From: a virus
Lineage: Duplodnaviria > Caudoviricetes
Strand: one strand, 5' to 3'
DNA: 64,000 nt
IMG/VR virus record: IMGVR_UViG_3300028886_000028
Location: 224,001-288,000 of that record
Of the stretch, positions 57,533 to 64,000 are shown in pieces. Each line of letters opens with the position of its first letter. The stretch's first letter is position 1. The translations under genes were made by a program, and so were the position numbers. The notes under the pieces are model-generated. The model did no database searches. It was not told the origin of the DNA and was given only the letters and a program-made list of their open reading frames with translations.

Positions 57533-58927
57533 ATGAATAACTCAAACGATGTAAAGGCCAATGGCCAAGAGAAAGAAACTGCCGTTGTAAACGGCGAAAA
57601 AGTCAACACTACAACTGGTGAGGTTCTTGGTAAGGCTGCTGAGAATAAAGCAGAAAAAAATGGCGCGACAGAAAAACGTCCTATGACTGAAAAAGAGGCC
57701 CGTGAGTATATTGCAAGCCTTCCTTTTAAGCACATTGATGTTAAAGAACTTTATGAGGTTATGCAAGTGCCATCTTGTAGTAAATACGAGTTCCGTATGG
57801 CAGCTTACATTATTTTATGGGCACGTAGAAATGGCGTAGACTACAAGTTTGATAAAAAAGGAAATGTGTATCTTACAAAAGGTACTCTTTCGGAAGGAGA
57901 ATTTTATCCCTGTGTCACTTCACATATGGACACGGTACAAGACAAATCTAAGCCTTTTGCATTGGCTGGTGCGGAATTACCTCTTCGTACAAGAAGAGTA
58001 AAATCTACCACTACTGATGAATGCCGCCACGAAATTTATATTGATGGCCAAGGAATAGGTGCAGACGATAAACTGGGAGTTTACATATCTTTGCAAATTG
58101 TAAAGAATGTTGAAAAATGTAAAGCGGCATTTTTTGTTGAAGAGGAAATTGGAATGCAAGGCAGTAAAGAACTTGACAAAGAATTCTTCAATGATGTTGC
58201 GTATGTAATTGGTTGGGACTCTCCAGACCTTTTACGAGCCGCTTGGAAATGCAGTGGCACTCAGTTGTTTACCAGCGATTTTTATAAAAGCCACCTTAAA
58301 CCTGTCGTCTCAAAATGGGGATTCACAGACAAATGCTTCCATTCAGAGCCGTTCACTGACGTAGTTAATATTCGTGAAAAAACAGGCGTTATATGTATGA
58401 ACTTTGGTAATGGCGGTTATCAAGCGCATTCTTCCACTGAATATCTGGTAATAGAGCATGTTGACCACGCTCTTGGAATGGGTTTGGACATTATCAAAAC
58501 GATTGGTAATAAGGAGCAGTTTAAGTTTACTAAAACATATAACAGAACTGGTGTAGGTGTTACGTCCTCATACGAAGATGAAAGAGAATGCGAAAAAATG
58601 TTCAGCACATATATCGGTAGTACTTATGGAACTAGTACCACACGCACCTCTACAGCATCAAGCACAGCTAGTTCAACTAACCGTTCAGATGGTTATGTGA
58701 ACAAAGCGCCTAATGAAGACGCTATTAATGAAGAAACCGTTAAATACATTGTAGACACATATGATGAATATGTTAACGGAATTAAGGCTGAGATTGAAAA
58801 GAAATGCAATGTTATTGAAGACTTGATTAAAGACAAGTTCCGTGAGGTTGGCATTGATTATAGCACTTTTGATGTCAATATCAAAAAAGAGTTGTCAGAA
58901 GTTTTCAGCAATGAAATAAAATTCTAA
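57533..58927 (+). CDS. M20/M28-family zinc peptidase-like protein
   Basis: SHMDTV, GADDKLG, EEEIGMQGS, AH. Confidence 0.8.
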   Translation: MNNSNDVKANGQEKETAVVNGEKVNTTTGEVLGKAAENKAEKNGATEKRPMTEKEAREYIASLPFKHIDVKELYEVMQVPSCSKYEFRMAAYIILWARRNGVDYKFDKKGNVYLTKGTLSEGEFYPCVTSHMDTVQDKSKPFALAGAELPLRTRRVKSTTTDECRHEIYIDGQGIGADDKLGVYISLQIVKNVEKCKAAFFVEEEIGMQGSKELDKEFFNDVAYVIGWDSPDLLRAAWKCSGTQLFTSDFYKSHLKPVVSKWGFTDKCFHSEPFTDVVNIREKTGVICMNFGNGGYQAHSSTEYLVIEHVDHALGMGLDIIKTIGNKEQFKFTKTYNRTGVGVTSSYEDERECEKMFSTYIGSTYGTSTTRTSTASSTASSTNRSDGYVNKAPNEDAINEETVKYIVDTYDEYVNGIKAEIEKKCNVIEDLIKDKFREVGIDYSTFDVNIKKELSEVFSNEIKF

Positions 58928-58940
58928 AATTTTTAAAAAA

Positions 58941-61418
58941 ATGATAGGGACAAAAGTAAAGGGTTTTCGCCATTTGATTAGAATGGCGAAAACCTTATCA
59001 GAAGTAGAATTTTTCTTTAAGCATGACATATTCCATATTGGGTGTGGAATTGCTTTGTACGTTAGTGCGGACAAAAGCAAAAATCCATATATGCCTAAAA
59101 ATGGGGATTATGTCATGATTTTTAATGAATCAGTATCTAATGTTAGGTATAATAGTTCATACCATTCAGATGATAGCATTGGAAAAAGAATCAAAGAAAT
59201 AGCAGAAAAATATCCTTATTTGTGGATAATAACAGTTGATAGAAAAAACTTCAATGATGATTACCACATGTTTTCTCAAATGCTCGCAGTTCCTAGCGAT
59301 TTCGAAGAAAAATATAGTGCGTTTTGCGAAGCTAATAAAAAGCAAATGCCTAATGCCACAAAATATGCTGACATCAATAGTGCGGCTCTGAGGTATTTTT
59401 TTGCTATAACAAACGGCTCTAAAAACTTTTTCTTTTGGGCTGTTAATGCATACTTCAAGCAAAATGTGTCTATTTTCTTGTTGGAAAAACTTATGATTTG
59501 GAATGATAACTATAATCAGTTATCAAACAAACTTAAAAAAGGTACTATTACTGGTTATACTAATGGGCGTGATATTTTCAATCTTGTGATTGAAATGTCT
59601 AAACTGAGGCGTAACAAAAGAGCAAATGACGTTATAAATATGTTCAACACCGCTCAGAAAAAGGCATTGAAGGGGTATAAACTTAATGATAGAGACTATG
59701 ACACTTTATCTAAATTTGGTAAAATGTCATGTAAGAAAAAAAATAATTTTATAAGAAAAATGTCAACTATAGAAGATGCTGCTGAAATTTTAAAACAGAT
59801 GTCTTTTTTAGCTGATATTCATTTCGAATGGAAAAAAGAGTCTCTACTTGAATTTATTAAAAATTCTGAAGGATTTAATTGCGATGTTGCTATTGATAAG
59901 GATGACATCATTTTGCTTAAAGTAAAAGATTACGAGACTGTCAAACGACTAGCAAAAACCACAAACTGGTGTATTTCAAAAGATAAGAAATACTGGAACG
60001 AATATGTGGAGAATAAGCGTAACGCCACTCAATATGTCTTGATGGATTTTTCCAAAAAAGAAGATGATAATTTATCTATTGTAGGATTCACATCAGTACA
60101 TGATAGAGGTATTACAAACGCACACGATTTCCAAAATAAAGACCTGATGAAAGGCAGAATGTCTAGCGCAGCTTCTGAAATAAAATCTTTTGTTTCAAAA
60201 TATATTGATTGCAGCAGTATATATGGTGTGCTAGATAAATATGGAATCAAATTGTCTGATGTGGTAACATATGAGCCGAATCAATATAAATGGAATAGAG
60301 AAAGTATGTTTGATTATCTTAATCAATGTATAGATGAAGATGATTATTACATAATTTATGATGATGGCGATAAAGTGGCATTTATTGCTGAAAATAGAAA
60401 TATTAGATATTTCCTTGGCGATGCTTATATTGATAACAGAAGGGGCGATGAATCTGATTATCAGCACATTATTTTTGCTGATTTTACAAAGAAAGCAACA
60501 GACCCTAATAAGTTAGTTTTTGGAATAATCACCCATGATTTTGATGAACACGAAAGCGCATGTGCTAGGCTATATAATGAGAGATATGAGCCAATACCTC
60601 AATCTTTCGATTCTAAATTAGAGGAATATGGTTTACCTTATGACATCATTTGTAGGCAAGAAGATGTGGTTGAAAGGTTTTATAATGCCATTTCTTCACT
60701 GGAACTTGCTACTGCAAAAGACCTCTTAAAGGACGAAAAAGTGAAAAAAGAGCTTCTTTCTTGTGATAGGGCTAATTTTGTCAGAGACTATATAGTTAAT
60801 GTAACTTTCGGGTATAATTCAGCAGATTACATTAATATGTTTTATGACTGCGGATATAGTCTTGTAGATATTATTGGTATAAGGAGTGCTTCTGATATAG
60901 CAAGGCGTATGTTGAACAATATAACAGCTACTGCTGTTAATTTTCCTAACTCTACAGCATTTGTGCCAACTTCTGAAGACATTAAGGAGTTCAATAATGG
61001 AAAGATAAACGATTATAACAAAGCTTTTTATATTGGCTATTTCTTAATGCTAATGAAGATGCTAGACAAAGAAAATAATAATGATTTTTTGTGTAGAGTA
61101 GTTCAAAATGTTTTCGAAAGGTCTGAAACGTCAGATGTCTTTGACTTAATAATGTCTAGGGTGTTTAACAAAATTGACGCTGAAACAAATTACGATGTTG
61201 GAAAATATGTTGTAACTTATGCTTTTGTCTATAATAGGCCTAGGGTTATTAATGTTATAAACTCTAAGAAAAAACTAGATGAAAGATTGGTACAAATAAT
61301 ATCTTCTAAAAAAGTAGATGTTAAGACCACAGAAATGTGGGTTAAAAATGGCGACGGCGTATATGTTATTGATGGAATAAATGAAGAAGCAGCAATTCAT
61401 TCGCCCAGACGTAGGTAA
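58941..61418 (+). CDS. large hypothetical protein (WCI-motif domain)
   Basis: 825 aa; TNWCIS..W..Y..QY..DFSK domain shared with next gene. Confidence 0.7.
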   Translation: MIGTKVKGFRHLIRMAKTLSEVEFFFKHDIFHIGCGIALYVSADKSKNPYMPKNGDYVMIFNESVSNVRYNSSYHSDDSIGKRIKEIAEKYPYLWIITVDRKNFNDDYHMFSQMLAVPSDFEEKYSAFCEANKKQMPNATKYADINSAALRYFFAITNGSKNFFFWAVNAYFKQNVSIFLLEKLMIWNDNYNQLSNKLKKGTITGYTNGRDIFNLVIEMSKLRRNKRANDVINMFNTAQKKALKGYKLNDRDYDTLSKFGKMSCKKKNNFIRKMSTIEDAAEILKQMSFLADIHFEWKKESLLEFIKNSEGFNCDVAIDKDDIILLKVKDYETVKRLAKTTNWCISKDKKYWNEYVENKRNATQYVLMDFSKKEDDNLSIVGFTSVHDRGITNAHDFQNKDLMKGRMSSAASEIKSFVSKYIDCSSIYGVLDKYGIKLSDVVTYEPNQYKWNRESMFDYLNQCIDEDDYYIIYDDGDKVAFIAENRNIRYFLGDAYIDNRRGDESDYQHIIFADFTKKATDPNKLVFGIITHDFDEHESACARLYNERYEPIPQSFDSKLEEYGLPYDIICRQEDVVERFYNAISSLELATAKDLLKDEKVKKELLSCDRANFVRDYIVNVTFGYNSADYINMFYDCGYSLVDIIGIRSASDIARRMLNNITATAVNFPNSTAFVPTSEDIKEFNNGKINDYNKAFYIGYFLMLMKMLDKENNNDFLCRVVQNVFERSETSDVFDLIMSRVFNKIDAETNYDVGKYVVTYAFVYNRPRVINVINSKKKLDERLVQIISSKKVDVKTTEMWVKNGDGVYVIDGINEEAAIHSPRRR

Positions 61419-61574
61419 AATCCGTGTTGCAAGGTAAAATGCTTTACCTTGCAATATTTTAAAGAAAATTTGTTTAACGTTAATTAACTTAAATAATTTA
61501 TTTTTGTTGATTTTTTATTGTATATTTGCAGAGTTAAAAGTATTTTGAATCGTGAATAATAAAAAAATAAAAAA

Positions 61575-63656
61575 ATGTCAGAATTAAATTACTCTAAAAA
61601 GCAAATTCAGCCTTTGATTGAAAAGTATGCAATCAATCCTGAAACTAACACAACTTTTGCTAAAATCATCAAAATGTTTGATGGCCAGCCTAACTACCAA
61701 TTGTGGGGCGTTAAAGTTGTTTTTAGCAAAGCAGTAAGAATTGAGGAGCTAGAGGCAATCAAAAGCTGGGCTGATGAGAATCCTAGCCTCATTAAACTTC
61801 TTAGTAAGAATGGTAACATAATTTGTTACTCTAGTGCTACTGATATTATAACGCTACGTATAGAAACTGATGGCTTGAGCAAAATATCGTTTGTTAAGAA
61901 TATCATTAGTCGCTTCAACACAGACCAACGTAAGATTCTTACAGAAGTTATAGAGCCTGATAAATTAAACGGCCTTACTTGCCAAAAAAACGCCAAGTTT
62001 AATGAATGGTTTGATTTATTTACCAAATTCAATCGCCTTTCAGCCAGCACAAAAGCTAATGTGATTGGCCGTATGTCAGCAGTAAGGGACGCTAATGAAA
62101 TTAAAAATTTGCTTAAGCAGTCACTAAAAGAAAAATATGCGTGGAATAAAGAGGACTTACTTTCTTTCGTTTCCAACAACACTCCAAAGTGTAATGTGAT
62201 TTTTAATGATAAGGATGTGGTCATTCTTGATGTTACTAGTTACAACGATTCTAACACTCTTTGCTATGGACGTACATCTTGGTGTATCACATCTTCAGAA
62301 AGTCAGTGGAAGAACTACGTATCAAGTAAGGGTAATAAGCAGTACTTCTTATTTGACTTCTCTAAGCCAGAAAGCGATGAACTTGCTCATATTGGGTTTA
62401 CTGTAAACGACTCTATTGGATTCCATGCTGCTCATTCAAAGAGTGACGGTAATTTGATGAATTCGGGTATAAGTTACCACGGAAAGCATGTTAATATTCA
62501 GCAAGCACTGATTAAGGCTGGCGTTAAACTTGGAACGTTCCTAAAATTAAAGAGAAACAACAATTTTAAATGGGATGAAAAATCTCTTATTAAATTTGTT
62601 GAGGAACATAATAGTGATTTGGCTATAGCATACTCAAAAGGAGGCCGCATTATTGTCAATGCACTTACAAGTCAGGGATTTAACTATCTTTGTTCTCATA
62701 GCTTTATTAAAGTCTCAACAATGCCAATAACGGCAGAAACTAAGTGTTATGTGCTGTTCGATTTTAATTTGGATTCTAACGATGACAAATGCATAGTTGT
62801 AGTATATTACAAAAAGGATAACTACAAAATTGACACTCTCAACCAGTCTTGGGATGCCTATGGCACAAACCTTAAAGATGAGAAGTATTTATCAAAACTT
62901 GGTATCAAGACTGACGAGTATCTTAACAGAGAAGAAGTCAATCCTAGCATATTGCTTCACAAACTAATTGATGAAGGCGATGAGGAAGGGGCAATTGAAC
63001 TTATTGATAACAACAAAGAAGTTGATGTCAACTATGTGTTTAACGAAAGACGCCCTATTTTCAGTGCTATTGATGCTAAAATGCATAGGGTTGTTGGTAA
63101 AATCATCATAAACGACAAGTTTGACAGTAATGTTGATGATGGCTTTGGAGAGTCATTGATTCAGAACTTGCTTTACACTTATTATCTTGATGAAACCAAT
63201 AAGCTCAAGCCAGGTAACGAAGCAAATGTAAAAGAAATGATAAATGCCATTGTTGATAGCGGTAAATTTGATTTGAACTTCATTGATGATAACGATGATA
63301 CAGCAATCAACATTGCTTGCACTGATTCTAAAATGAATTGGTTGGTCGAAAAGCTTTCAGCACGTAAAGACATTCTTGTCAATTGCGTTAATGATATTGG
63401 ATGGACAGCACTTGGTAATGCTATTCGCCACAAAAATGTTGAGGCTATTAGAATACTTGGAAAACGTCCAGACCTTGAAATCCGTGAACGAGACATGGAA
63501 TTGGCAAGTAAACTTGGTATAGACCTTAATAAGCTTATCAAGCCAGAACCCTTCAATGAGGTTACTGAAACAAAAGTTGGAGATACAGTTGTTACCGCAG
63601 AAGTGGCTGATGCTGATAAATACAACGAGATTTTCAAAAAGGTGTTTTCAGTATAA
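61575..63656 (+). CDS. WCI-motif protein with C-terminal ankyrin-like repeats
   Basis: TSWCIT..W..Y..QY..DFSK; DDNDDTAINIAC, NDIGWTALGNAI. Confidence 0.7.
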   Translation: MSELNYSKKQIQPLIEKYAINPETNTTFAKIIKMFDGQPNYQLWGVKVVFSKAVRIEELEAIKSWADENPSLIKLLSKNGNIICYSSATDIITLRIETDGLSKISFVKNIISRFNTDQRKILTEVIEPDKLNGLTCQKNAKFNEWFDLFTKFNRLSASTKANVIGRMSAVRDANEIKNLLKQSLKEKYAWNKEDLLSFVSNNTPKCNVIFNDKDVVILDVTSYNDSNTLCYGRTSWCITSSESQWKNYVSSKGNKQYFLFDFSKPESDELAHIGFTVNDSIGFHAAHSKSDGNLMNSGISYHGKHVNIQQALIKAGVKLGTFLKLKRNNNFKWDEKSLIKFVEEHNSDLAIAYSKGGRIIVNALTSQGFNYLCSHSFIKVSTMPITAETKCYVLFDFNLDSNDDKCIVVVYYKKDNYKIDTLNQSWDAYGTNLKDEKYLSKLGIKTDEYLNREEVNPSILLHKLIDEGDEEGAIELIDNNKEVDVNYVFNERRPIFSAIDAKMHRVVGKIIINDKFDSNVDDGFGESLIQNLLYTYYLDETNKLKPGNEANVKEMINAIVDSGKFDLNFIDDNDDTAINIACTDSKMNWLVEKLSARKDILVNCVNDIGWTALGNAIRHKNVEAIRILGKRPDLEIRERDMELASKLGIDLNKLIKPEPFNEVTETKVGDTVVTAEVADADKYNEIFKKVFSV

Positions 63657-63678
63657 TATAGATACAATTTCATAAAAA

Positions 63679-63720
63679 ATAAGCACTGTTAATAATAGTT
63701 AACGGTGCTTATTTTTTTTA
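63679..63720 (+). terminator. intrinsic terminator
   Basis: ataagcactgttaa...ttaacggtgcttat followed by T-run. Confidence 0.75.
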
Positions 63721-63805
63721 TTTTTCATTATTTTTTTTTAATTATTTTTTGTATATTTGTAGAAAATAGTTAAAAAATGTATTAACCAAAATTATTGAAT
63801 GAATT

Positions 63806-64000
63806 ATGAATACTTATTCTTTAGAAAACGTTAGCAATATTTTTGTTCTTGGAAGCTGCAATGGAGATTTAAAAAGATGTTTCGATAATATTAAAAATGG
63901 GTTATCAATTAAAGATGGCGATGAAGATAAGCCACACCCAAAAGAAATTGAAAGGTTGGCAAGAAAGGCTGCTAAAGAGCAACAGATGCTTGATGAAATA
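63806..64000 (+). CDS. 3'-truncated ORF, possibly metallophosphoesterase-like
   Basis: MNTYSLENVSNIFVLGSCNGDL resembles a degenerate GDxHG start. Confidence 0.4.
   Translation, partial: MNTYSLENVSNIFVLGSCNGDLKRCFDNIKNGLSIKDGDEDKPHPKEIERLARKAAKEQQMLDEI

Noticed and set aside
426-63673. Numerous minus-strand ORFs antisense to long genes
   Set aside because: Shadow frames of real genes, with no promoters or recognisable motifs.
1-64000. Genome-wide TAG-to-Gln recoding (Lak-like code 15)
   Set aside because: Genes in this window are intact in code 11, and several end at TAG followed by a new gene or RNA.

Overview
AT-rich, densely coding segment of a large (jumbo) phage infecting Bacteroidota, most likely a gut Prevotella/Bacteroides-type host. 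Support: about 25 copies of the Bacteroidota sigma-A -7 box TAnnTTTG, a Bacteroidota-type tmRNA tag, an OmpA and a Bacteroidota-style lipoprotein. Layout: late/virion-type genes (0-7 kb); host-takeover genes (PhoH, DnaK, DnaJ, IF-3, sigma-70, TyrRS, NadE, SSB, TelA; 8-32 kb); an 18 kb RNA island (32.4-50.6 kb) with about 23 tRNAs, tmRNA, a group I intron in tRNA-Ser, an amber suppressor tRNA and many unexplained structured RNAs; then methyltransferases, a restriction-like nuclease, a Nudix, a peptidase and large hypothetical genes. The main observation is a family of 10 dispersed ncRNA cassettes. Each has a covarying terminal helix (GGA...TCC), followed on its 5' side by ACAGCA(A), and most enclose tRNA-derived cargo. 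Three carry circularly permuted tRNAs (T-arm > loop-closed acceptor > D-arm, the topology of bacterial YrlA Y RNAs). Two carry tRNA bodies with a broken or missing acceptor, and two carry bare Cys anticodon arms. A Ro60/TROVE-like helical+vWA protein (DUF2828-type) is encoded upstream. I infer a possibly undescribed phage Ro-like protein / tRNA-mimic RNA system. All calls were made by eye; no database searches were run.
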